From positions 1 to 37,665 of the forward strand of contig NW_021835692.1 of the NCBI RefSeq assembly GCF_006345805.1: a stretch of 37,665 nucleotides of DNA. Direction: 5' to 3'. The notes under the pieces are model-generated. The model was not told the origin of the DNA and made no database searches. It was given only the letters and a program-made list of their open reading frames with translations. Each line of letters opens with the position of its first letter. Within the stretch, counting starts at the first letter, position 1. A program made the translations under genes and the position numbers. This DNA comes from Octopus sinensis. Taxonomy: Eukaryota. Shown here in pieces: positions 1-9,790 of the stretch.

Positions 1-275
1 CGTGGCAACACGCATGCGGTACTTTCCGCAGGAGGGTGCGTGCTTTAGCCCCCCCAGAATTCCCCCTCTGTACATTCCTAACTTAATTTGTTTTCTTTTT
101 TTTGAAAAAAAGATATCTTGTAAAACAACTGCGAGAGAAGCTATTATTAACAATTCACCCAAAACATGGGTAGCATTATTTTTAGCAACGATTCGGCAAT
201 TTTGTAGGATGCAAGTAACCCATCTATGAAATAGGTTAAAAGTAATACTTTTTCCTGCAAGAACATGATGAGTGA

Positions 276-1207
276 TTAACTTTTGAATGGTAGTAGGTTC
301 ATCAATCTTGTTTTTATATTTTGAAAATATTCGTGCGAAGATTCGACTATATTTGGATGTTTAGTCCTCATATGGTGTACTAATCTTGACAATTTCATTG
401 AACTATTTTTGCAGATTATGAAAAAAGGTTTAGATTTGTCTCCACTAAAATAAAAATAATACCATGATCTATTTTCTTTCCATACACCATTCGAGTATTT
501 TTTATGTACCAAAATTGGTGCACCACGGTTGAGAATCACCGGTCTGAATCAATTATGGCAGTCACTCTCTGTAAAAATTCAAATCTGTAGTTGTGCTTTA
601 GACTTTTTATGATCCCCATATTACATGGCTGAATGGGAATAAAGTCATTCATTTTCATAGTTTTACCAAAGCTAGTAGTTTTATGGGTTAATATGTGACC
701 ATTCATTGGCACATTTCTCCCTGGTTTGAGCAAACCAGACGGACAAAGCAGTCTCTACATTTTTTTCTTTGCCATGGCGTCGTCTTTTGCAACTAAAATT
801 GGTGCAATTTGATTCAGCCAATAACATAATTTCTTCTCTGTTCTTCAAAATCCCTGAAACTTGAGACTGAAAACATTGGAATCCTCCTTGAATAAACAAA
901 TTGATTATTTCCAATTTTTGAGAAAGTGTAAGATCACCACGTAACATAAATGAGATGCGCAATGATAATTCAATTTTAAAATTACAAATTATTGTTATGC
1001 AATTAAGCAAAAATTTTTATAAGAAAAAATAGTAAATGTTCCCAATGAGAGTATGCAATAAACCGATTTATGCAATTAACCGATATATTTTGAATGTAAA
1101 GTATATAAATTATGGTTTTAAACATAAATTTATGCAATTAACCGATATATTTTGCATGTAAAGTATAATTTTACACATAAATTTATGCAATTAACCAATT
1201 TCTACTG
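276..1207 (-). mobile_element. Tigger/pogo-family DNA transposon remnant with an internal deletion; one TIR retained
   Basis: Minus-strand translation gives LTLSQKLEIINLF (HTH-psq), KRRRHGKEKNVETALSVWF (CENP-B-type HTH) and IQPCNMGIIKSLKHNYR (degenerate QPxDQGII DDE motif). The terminus reads TA|CAGTAGAAAATTGGTTAATTGCATA (TIR ends at 1207, TA at 1208-1209). The other TIR was not found. Confidence 0.8.
1052..1199. repeat. Four subterminal direct repeats TATGCAATWAACCRAT of the Tigger/pogo element
   Basis: Copies at 1052-1067, 1069-1084, 1131-1146 and 1184-1199; copies 2 and 3 extend further (GATATATTTTGMATGTAAAGTATA). Confidence 0.85.
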
Positions 1208-1719
1208 TAATTTAATTGAAAAATCGGTTTTTAATTATAAAATATAAATAAGAAAAGTCATTTTTATGCGAAAAAATTACTTGACTGTTTCAGTGGAGGA
1301 TGGCGATACAATTCTTTCCCAAAGCCACGATGATTTACGTGGCTCACTTATACTATTAGTAGTTCATTTCTAAAATCAATGAGGAAGGCCGTGTTGAGAT
1401 CCCACGCCTGAAGTTTCGATTAGGACTTGAAATCTATATAGTATAGTTTAAATCAATCTTATATACAAAAATTATAATATTTCAAACTGAAAGACCCCTG
1501 GCCTTTAAGAATGACACAACCAGATCATCAGGTAACTCGTTTGCTATCAGCAGGTGCAGCCACTGGGGAATCATAATTGCTGATATAACTTATAATTCAA
1601 ACGCGTGACGCTAAAACCAAACATATTCCCCTTTGGAAGGGAAAGGTCGTCATTCTGTGTGCTCTTCTCCCGTCTACTGCGGATTCCAGTTAAGTGTGGA
1701 ATCCAGAATTACGGAGAGA

Positions 1720-1880
1720 CCGGTGGATGATCTGATTTAGTTTTGGATGTCGTAAAAGCTTTTAATTCCGTGATGACATGTAAGGGAGTCATTGCTGTAC
1801 CACCCATCGGCTGTTTATTGTAATCAGAAAGAACATTCTCAATCATTTCTTAGAGGACCGACAAGAAGTACGCCCCAAGT
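1720..1880 (+). mobile_element. Highly decayed LINE reverse-transcriptase remnant
   Basis: Short motifs LDVVKAFNSV (LDxxKAFDSV-like) and HFLEDRQEV (FLxxRxQxV-like). Confidence 0.35.
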
Positions 1881-3889
1881 CAACTAGGGTGGTCAGACAG
1901 ATGCTTCCAAAGAGTGAGTTGTCTCTATGTCTGCATTAAAATAGATATTTAGAATAATATTATCTAAATCTATCATATGTCTTTAAGACTTAGCTCTTTG
2001 GAACAGAAATTGTCGGTTTTATTGGAATTGAAAACAAGGAAAGCTCTTTATTGACACCTCTTAATAAGCTTTATATTCAAATATCATCTAATTTATACTT
2101 AAAACCAGAAATTGTGGCCACATGTGTGTTTTTTAACATCCGAAAATACCTGCTTTTCTGATCAGACAAAAAAGCGAAATAGAATGCATTCCCCTAAATT
2201 AAAATTAGGCATCAAGAGAAAAAAATAGCATAAAAATGAATGAAAAAATAAAAATGCTCATTTTTAATATTATTTTCGTATTAACAAATTTTGTTTTATA
2301 AATACCGAAATCTCCTTAATTGATACTCAGATTTCAAAGAGAATATTAAAATTGATAGCCTTCCTTAACAAAAATATTAAATAAATATTTTCAAAAAGAG
2401 GAATAATCATTTTTGTTTTAGAAAAGACTCGAGTATCAATGCGTCAATACTTCTTAGGTAAATCGGACAGGAGACGAATTTGCTAACCAGCAAGCAAGAC
2501 ATTCCTTATGAAATGTGTGGAAGTAAGGGAGATGTCTTATAATGTCGTCGTTTTGGTAATCGCACAGACAAATGACACTACTGAATGGACATAAATGAAG
2601 AACTGAGGACTGAAGTGATGGAACTAAGCGTCACGGCCTGTGAGAATTTCTTGACAAATAATGAAGCAAGCATATATTATTAATGATGTTGATTTGTCAA
2701 AGAAACATTGGACAAAAAATTCGGGACAGGATAGCACGTGGTCATCTGGGAAAGTTTCGGGTTCGATTTAATGCGAGAAGCCTCAACGTTGCTTTACATG
2801 TGCTTTGCGGGCTTTCTGGGAATACTCTCCTGGAAGTGTTCTTAATCTTACCTGATTGCTAAAATTAATAATACAAGGTTACTCTCATTCTGGAATTTCC
2901 TATTTCATTTTTTGAAAGAATAATTGAAGTCTCGAAATGAACATTTTTCCTTGAATAAGAAAAGTGCTCAACTCAACAAATATTCTGCCATCTTTATCAA
3001 AGATCGCTGCAGATTATAATTAAGAGTGAAATCCAACAGTTCGGAAACACCCGCGGATGATCTCGTTTAGTTGTGGAAGATATTATTAGAGAAAATTTAT
3101 TTTTATCGTCACGAATTGACAAGGAAAGTACTAAATAAATGAATGGTATGTAGAAATTTCAGGGCTTTACTTCACCCGTTTTTTGTTTTGGATCTATTCA
3201 AAAAATTTATTTTGTGTTAAATTTAGTCGATTTATATTTCTAAACCCTTGCCGATTTGAGTCTAATTTTTGTTTTGAAGACAAAATACATTGAAAAATAA
3301 ATTTTCAGCAAACCACGATTAAAGAAGCATTCCTATTAAACCTATTTTGTTTATAAACCATTCCAAATAATGTAATTTCAACGCCCAAACAGAATGACTT
3401 GTTACTTTTCCGTGAAGGGAAATCTTTTGTTTGAAATGTGTCATGCTTAGACTCTTTATCAAAATGCCTTTGCTTTCGTCAGCGACTGGGAGATATGTCA
3501 GTTGAAAAGGAATAGAAGTACGTCCCTCTCTTGAACAATGTGGAAATCATCCAACTTGGGTTTGAGAAAAGAGCTGTCACTGGTGAGAAAGCAGAGGTAT
3601 TTTTGAAGGAGGTCGAAAACATTACTTCCAAACGCACATTTGAGAGGAGAATGACCGTACGACTGTTCCAGATAATCTCAATCACGAGCCCGAAAAGAAA
3701 CAAATTGGCTATTCGCCATTCTAAACTGGTAAAATATATTTGATCGAAATTAAATTATTAGCGATGGGTGTTGATTTATTATACTTTACATTTCTGTAGT
3801 AAGAATAAGGCAATAAAATTTTTTTATAAAATGAATGTGAGAATTGCATTTTTTGAATCTAGTTTACTTACTTTAGGCCTAAGAGTCAA

Positions 3890-4330
3890 TCCACTCCAAA
3901 AGCAGTCGGCCTTTTTGGAACGACGGCAGGCGTCCCGACAGGATAAAGACCTTTCCTTTTTTGGAAGGCAGGTCCCTATGACTTTTTTTGGCGACGATGC
4001 TACCCAAGACTTGGAGCAACTTGTCCTCCGCCAGTACTCAGATCGAAGAGGACAAAATACCTGTGTATTCTAACCCTTGTCTTCGAAACCTCAGGAATCG
4101 TCGACAAAACCGCGACACAACTCCTCACTGACATTGATAGGAGAATCTCCTTGAAAACAAACGACGGAAGGGAGAGAAGCTGACTCTTTTAGCGAATCTT
4201 GGTTGCTGAGCTCCACAGAAACTGTCATTCAATACACAAGTCGGTGTCGTTGAGCGAACCTTCAAGCCTTCGACTTCTCTTTTAGCTACTTATCCTAGCC
4301 TGCATCTAACTTTGTTTTTTATATAAATTT
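3890..4330 (+). mobile_element. CRE-clade non-LTR retrotransposon, 3' fragment (RLE endonuclease C-terminus)
   Basis: Translation with stops: ETSGIVDKTATQLLTDIDRRISLKTNDGRERS*LF*RILVA, resembling the C-terminus of the 12873-13838 ORF (ESSGIFGPKTLRFLRSLGRLISRTSHDPREFSWLLERLSIA). Confidence 0.6.
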
Positions 4331-4339
4331 GCGCACTTG

Positions 4340-5110
4340 GCACTTGGTTTTAATTATCTTATGCAGCGACCTGGATGGGAAACACACAGTCGGCGGATAG
4401 AGAGGAAAAATTTTGCTTTCGCAATTGACTTTTTAACAATTCTGAACAATCTATCGAGGAACACAAGGACTCCACTCAACGTGACTGATAAGACTATATC
4501 ACCTGATGTAACCCTATGCTCTTAATCCCTTCATTGACTATGAACTGGTCAGTCCTCTATGAAACGAGAAGCAACCACAAAATCAGATGCAAATAGCTAA
4601 GAGAATAGTCGAGAAGCTCCGCGGTGAAAATGAAAAAGGGAAGCTTTCACCAAGAAAATTCCTGTTCCATACAATTATAATGCGGCAAACTGGTCATGGT
4701 TCCAGGAGATCTTGAATTCTAAATTAAAGAATTGCAATCTGAACAACTTTAGCTTTCTCAACAAAGTCATCGGCTTCTTTACGAAGACTATTTTGGAAGC
4801 AAGAGCAATGGCTATATCCAATCGCCAACCTCATGCTGCCGACCTGACCAAGGAAATAAATCCAACCATTGAACAAGGAATTGAAGACTAGTGAATACAG
4901 ATACATTTGTTTGAAATGAAATCGGATCCTTACAGCCGTGAACCGAAATCGTTCAACAGCAGAAGTATGGAAAGCAATTCGGCACGTGGCCAACGTAACA
5001 ACAAAGCATATTCCTTTCAATATCATTATGGGAATCAAGAGCATTAATGCACCAATTGATGTAAAAATGGAAGCTCTTTAACCAGTTATTAGAGAAGATG
5101 CTGAGGGAGA
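4340..5110 (+). mobile_element. APE-type LINE remnant (endonuclease C-terminus and linker)
   Basis: Motifs TISPDVTLCS, NWSVLYETRSNH and YNYNAANWSWFQEIL, paralleling SPDITLCS, TDHNPI and NYKRGKWDSF of the 17.4-19.4 kb element. Confidence 0.6.
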
Positions 5111-5158
5111 AATTCAATTTTTGGAGGATTGCAACTATTCTCTTAGCTACTTGCATCT
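4585..5158. repeat. 25-bp inverted repeat pair (24/25 match) about 525 bp apart
   Basis: 4585-4609 AGATGCAAATAGCTAAGAGAATAGT versus the reverse complement of 5134-5158, AGATGCAAGTAGCTAAGAGAATAGT. Confidence 0.85.
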
Positions 5159-5565
5159 AATATTGTTTCTGATTTAAAAAAATTGTTGGAAATAAAGTAA
5201 CTGATAATGAAAATACTACGAACAATTTGTTATCAAAATACGATAAAATAACGAAAGCAGCAGAAAAAATGAAAAACAAGCAAAAATGGAAATTCGACCA
5301 AAATGACATTGAGGTTGTGTATAACGTGTTATTATACGGATTAAGGTCAGGGATAAACTTGTATTTAATAATTCTTTATTTTTGAAACTATTATTGATTA
5401 GAAACCTATGCCAGAGGCAAATAGCTGGGTAATCTAATATCTGATATTAATCTAATTGGTCCTGGGTTTAATTCCCAGGGGCTGCCTGTGCCAAAAGCTC
5501 CGATTAGGTTTGAAAACTGACACCGTCATGACATCTAATCACACAGATTCCAAAAATACGTTGCT

Positions 5566-6705
5566 GTGATGATTGGATGGTTAAATTTCCCTAAAACAAC
5601 ATACCTGACATTGTTTAAGTCGAAAGAATCTCCTCTTAAGAAGAACATGATTACTAAGATATGGCCGATAAGCCTAATATGCTCCGTCTCTAAAATTATG
5701 GAACGGATTGTCTTCACAAGACTTTCGAACTTCGTAGAGGAATCAGGTGCACTTGCAGTAGAGCAGTGGGGATTCCGACGAAAAAGATCCTGTGGTGATT
5801 GTTTCGGAGAACTCGAGAAAGTCATCTCGCTTAGTCTTGCTAATAATACAGCGACTATTGCTATCTGCCTCGATGTCTCAAAAGCTTTTGACAGCGTATG
5901 GCACCTGGGCCTCTTGGAAAGTGTCGCCAAGAGCAAACCCGGGTCTAAAACGGTCAATTGGCTGAAGAGCTATTTATCAATGAGAAGGTCATACATACGA
6001 TGCGGAAACCGTTTGTCGGAATCTGTCGATCTCAAAAGAGGGGTACCTCAAGGCTCGGTCTTGAGCCCCCTGCTTTTTAATATTTACGTTGCTGATATTC
6101 CAAAACCGAAAGATCCTACCAGTCGTCTCATGATCTACGCGGACGACATATTAATAACGGATCCTTCGTGGAGAAAAGACATCTCGTGGAGGAAGTTAAA
6201 AGGATACGTGACAAGAGTGGAAGAATGGTGCATATCAAAAGGACTGACGCTTGCAAAAGAAAAGTGCACCGCCACTTGGATTGCAAAACAGGGAGCAAAA
6301 CGAAAACCGCCGAGAAACCTCTATGGGTTTACAGTAACGGAGAACCTGAAATACCTTGGGGTTGAAGTTGGATCCAAGGGTTCTTACTTCAGATACATCG
6401 ACTCGAGGAGAAGGAAATGCGCTCAAATTCTCAGGAGCATAATTCACTTCCACCTTTCCCCGGAAACGTTTTTATATGTTTATAAAACGTGCGTCGAACC
6501 ATTGCTTACCTACGGGTTCGAGGGATGGTATCCTACTGCTGAAAGGGATGGCATTATCGCTAAGCTCGAAAAGACGAGGCGATATGCCATCAAATTGGCA
6601 AATGGACTCCAGTTGGACCAACCCATCCCTCAAGTGATGGAAGACGCGACGGAAACGGTTGGAAGTGTTCTTGAGAGAGCCTTTTCTTCTCGAATTAAAT
6701 ATTAA
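5566..6705 (+). CDS. Uninterrupted reverse-transcriptase ORF of a 5'-truncated Jockey/I-group LINE (379 aa)
   Basis: Motifs PISLICSVSKIMERIV, EQWGFR, CLDVSKAFDSVWH, GVPQGSVLSPLLFNIYV, YADD, KYLGV and VEPLLTYG in one frame ending in TAA. The first ~30 codons may not belong to the element. Confidence 0.9.
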   Translation: MMIGWLNFPKTTYLTLFKSKESPLKKNMITKIWPISLICSVSKIMERIVFTRLSNFVEESGALAVEQWGFRRKRSCGDCFGELEKVISLSLANNTATIAICLDVSKAFDSVWHLGLLESVAKSKPGSKTVNWLKSYLSMRRSYIRCGNRLSESVDLKRGVPQGSVLSPLLFNIYVADIPKPKDPTSRLMIYADDILITDPSWRKDISWRKLKGYVTRVEEWCISKGLTLAKEKCTATWIAKQGAKRKPPRNLYGFTVTENLKYLGVEVGSKGSYFRYIDSRRRKCAQILRSIIHFHLSPETFLYVYKTCVEPLLTYGFEGWYPTAERDGIIAKLEKTRRYAIKLANGLQLDQPIPQVMEDATETVGSVLERAFSSRIKY

Positions 6706-6823
6706 AAAAAAAAAAAAAAAAAAGAGGGAAACAACGAAGAAGAGGCATACGTTGTCTCATTAACTTTCTCCCTCTTTTTTCGGCTTTTCCGTTAATAAAA
6801 ATTCATTCATTCATTCATTCATT
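5660..6823 (+). mobile_element. LINE copy 1: RT, 3' UTR stem-loop and (ATTC)5 tail
   Basis: Closely similar to 27430-28540 throughout; 3' UTR followed by AATAAA and ATTC repeats at 6801-6823. Confidence 0.9.
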
Positions 6824-6962
6824 ACTAAGATATGCGACGATGGACTTGAATAATTTGATTCAAAAAGAAAATTTCCTTTTGTTTCAGATTTATTAATATT
6901 TCTTTTATATTGTTTATCCTTAAATTTTATATTCAAAATAGCGCGCTGTTTTTACATTTTTG

Positions 6963-7200
6963 TTTGATACCTAAGATGTCTTCTGGCTCAAATAAGAAAG
7001 GTCGTCATTATCAAAACGAATATTTAAAATATGGGTTTATTCAAAGTACTGAAGATACAAAACGGCCTTATTATCTTATTTGTCAATATTCTTTCTCAAA
7101 TGAGGCGATGAAGCCATCACGATTATAGGATCATTTAAAACGCAAGCACCTGGATAAAATGTCAAGGCCGATTGAATAATTTCAAACTTTAAAATAAGCA
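6963..7200 (+). mobile_element. hAT (Buster/ZBED5-like) transposase N-terminal BED-finger remnant
   Basis: RHYQNEYLKYGFI...RPYYLICQYSFSNEAMKPSRL*DHLKRKH matches the family pattern RxYxxxYLxxGF...PxCxxCxxxLSNxxMKPxxLxRHLxxKH. Confidence 0.8.
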
Positions 7201-7269
7201 AACGATCAAATCGCTACAGTCGGACCTCGGTTTGAAATATAAAATATGAATTATAATGCTTCCACTTGT

Positions 7270-8823
7270 CTGACTTTTTGCTCACTTAGTTATCCAAAGC
7301 GACTGTGAATTAACAGGACTGTTTCTTGCCTCCAAATATGCAGTTGTCGGCCGGGAAAATCTGACCATTGAGTTACTGAAGGACGCACAAAGGAAACTCT
7401 TGCTTAACCGAATCAACTGTAAATCACTACACTCGGTGATGTTCAAATGTATGGAGGAATCAGATGTCGACAGATCTACTTCTTCGCAATGGCTATCGAA
7501 AGGGAACAATGGTCCACAAAGCGAAGCATTGTACTGTCTTTTGCAAGATAGGAATTTGTTCTTTGCATACACGGGATCACTCTGCGTCCATTGCAAAAAG
7601 CAGGCAGACTGTTGACCATCTGGCCACGCAGTGTGGTAGGATGCTAAACAGTGACACAACGAAGAGTATTCATCTTCACTTGTGTCGAATGTATGGAATT
7701 AAACGAAGCAGGAAATTGAAAGGACATTCGGGTGTGTCAACAATGTCGACCCAAAATGTCGAAATCAGAGTTGACACGTCAATTATGACTGAAACGAAAG
7801 TCCAATTCAATAAACCTGATATTTTCGTTTATGACAAAAGGAAAAGAGAAATCCATAATCCTCGTGCGCGTTGTTGTTGTTGCTCTTGTTGCTATTTCTT
7901 GCATTGTTGTTCATTCTTATATTGTATATTGTTCTTTCTGATATCCTTGTATTCTATCTTATATTCTTGTACTTATTGTTATATTCTTGAATTCTTGTAT
8001 TCTAATCTATCTGTGATCCCATCTCATATTCAATCATTTCAAACATTCGAATGCTTAATCTGCTCAACAAATAACACTCGCAAGAAGGCGAGGAAGTGCT
8101 TTGACTGTCAGAGAGATGTGCACGTATCTTGTGCCGGCTTAACAAAGTTATCATCTGCAGCCCTCGCAATCTGGAAATGTCCAGCGTGTCTCAGTGCTTG
8201 TCCCCTAAAGCCAGTACCCCTTCAAAATCCCCCACTTCCGTCTCGTCCGGTTGTTTGTGACATCCCCTTCGAAGATTTGTTATCCTCTGTTGCCGGTCTG
8301 CGCCGCGCACGGAAGATATGCATAAAAATTCCAAAAGCAGCTCGGATTTCCGTCGCAGACTCGCTCACGAAGACCACTGTAAACGCCCTCGATTCTGACC
8401 AGCCTGCCGATTGCTGATATTATTTTGCTTTGTTCCATGGCAATTGGCACACCCTTCAGGGAACCTAATTCGAAGCAGCGCGGTTCACTGACTTCGCAAT
8501 TAAAGGAAAATTTCATCGAAGTGGGAGTTACCTCGCAAGACCGTTTAAATCAAGTTGAAGTTGAGAAATTTCACAAATACGACCTGCTTGCAAACGAACT
8601 GTTGGTTCTCGATGAAGCAAAAGTGAAGATTATTCCAATTGTCTTGACACGGGATGGAGTTATCTCAAAGTTCTTTAAAAGTCATATGGACAAGTTATCC
8701 AATCAACTTGCGGAGCTGGCATGTCGTGAGGACACTCAGTTGAATAAAATCATTGACGCAGAAATAGAAAATGAAAGGAAGTTTATGGAAAACTCTTCTT
8801 CCAAGCGAAAGAGAAATCACTGA
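7270..8823 (+). mobile_element. R4/Dong-like RLE non-LTR retrotransposon 3' portion, split by a CRE insertion at about 7853-8510
   Basis: CCHC region (CVHCKK...TVDHLATQCGRML...H...HLC) and RLE motifs NKPDIFVYDKRKREI | FIEVGVTSQDRLNQVEVEKFHKYDLLANEL...KIIPIVLTRDG continue across the insertion; homologous to 33020-33410. Confidence 0.8.
7853..8510 (+). mobile_element. CRE-clade element 5' end: T-rich leader, PHD finger and IPKAAR region
   Basis: C4HC3 pattern CLIC-x11-CFDC-x4-HVSC-x13-WKCPAC at 8052-8189, then KIPKAARISVADSLTKTTVNALDS, homologous to 34330-34480 (-) and 35850-35980 (+). Confidence 0.75.
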
Positions 8824-9399
8824 AGATCTGGATTTTTAATTGGATAATTTAAAATAGAATTGACATATTGATGAAAAGTTGAAGTTGAAATAAAATTAAT
8901 CGGAAATTAAAAATTAAGATTTTTAACTGTAAAATTTAGAGCAATTGAATCAAATTTTGATAAAAATAAAACAAAAGAAAATAAAGTCGATAAATTATAA
9001 AATATCAATAAAAATCAATGTATATAATAGAAAGGAAAAGATATCAGTTAAAAAGATGCATTCAATTGAAATTAAATTATAAAACAAAGGACACATTAAC
9101 TTGTAAAATAACTTTTATCAAGATATTCTACATGTACCAAATATTTAATCTTCAATTAAATGCAAAATATTATTTAAAAAAATGTTGAATAACAAATAAT
9201 AATCAACCGAATTCTTTTTTTTCGTAATTAAAAAGTAACCACATCAACTGTCGAAAATAGAACACGCTGATGAAAATAATGATTCAATATTTATACTTTT
9301 TAATTATTTAAAAAATAATATTTATAGAAAATATATAGTTAAAGTTTAATCATTGATTATGTAACTTAATCAGAAAACTTTTAAAATAAAAACTAAAAA

Positions 9400-9790
9400 A
9401 TCTAGGTTCGAATTAACTTGGTCTATCAGCCTTGATCACTGCTTACTGACCTATTCTGGCGATTGGCTTTGTGCTGTCCCTTTGACATACGCCGGATCTT
9501 TCGTTGATGACAAATCCGACAGATCACGATTTGCCTCTTTCTGTGTCTTTAAGTAAGCAGGCCTTCTTTTCCTCGATGCGAGAAAGCTATCGACTATAAG
9601 AAACTTGATCCTCTCTTTTGCAAACTGATTGTGGGTAGATTACTTTGTTATTCCCCACGACATTATCAGAGGAGCCTTGATTCAATGGCGTTTGTTCTAT
9701 TCTGGGTCTCAATCACGGAACTGGAACACTCTTTTCCAGTTTGGAAAAGTCAATGTAAGGCCTGCGATATCACCCGGAGATTTTTTGTGA
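9400..9790 (-). mobile_element. Decayed 3' end of a Jockey-like LINE
   Basis: Weak frameshifted motifs on the minus strand (YRRPYID, ETQNR, IKAPL, LPTISLQKR) typical of the post-RT region. Confidence 0.35.

Noticed and set aside
1-75. GC-rich start of the window as a transposon terminus
   Set aside because: No partner TIR or TSD within the window.
1052-1199. Regularly recurring 16-nt repeat resembling a CRISPR array
   Set aside because: Spacing is irregular (17, 62, 53 nt), spacers are related to each other, there are no cas genes, and it lies at a transposon terminus in eukaryotic DNA.
2859-2882. Candidate 24-nt minus-strand intron GTAACCTTGTATTATTAATTTTAG
   Set aside because: Shape fits, but the flanking exons match no protein I recognise, so it was not counted.
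5535-5660. Inverted 5' segment (twin priming) on LINE copy 1, from a minus-strand VLGKFNHP motif
   Set aside because: It does not match the APE sequence of the fuller copy at 26.2-26.6 kb.
7464-8417. 317-aa ORF as a genuine host gene
   Set aside because: It is a fusion of two retroelement pieces across a low-complexity leader; kept only as a curiosity in findings.
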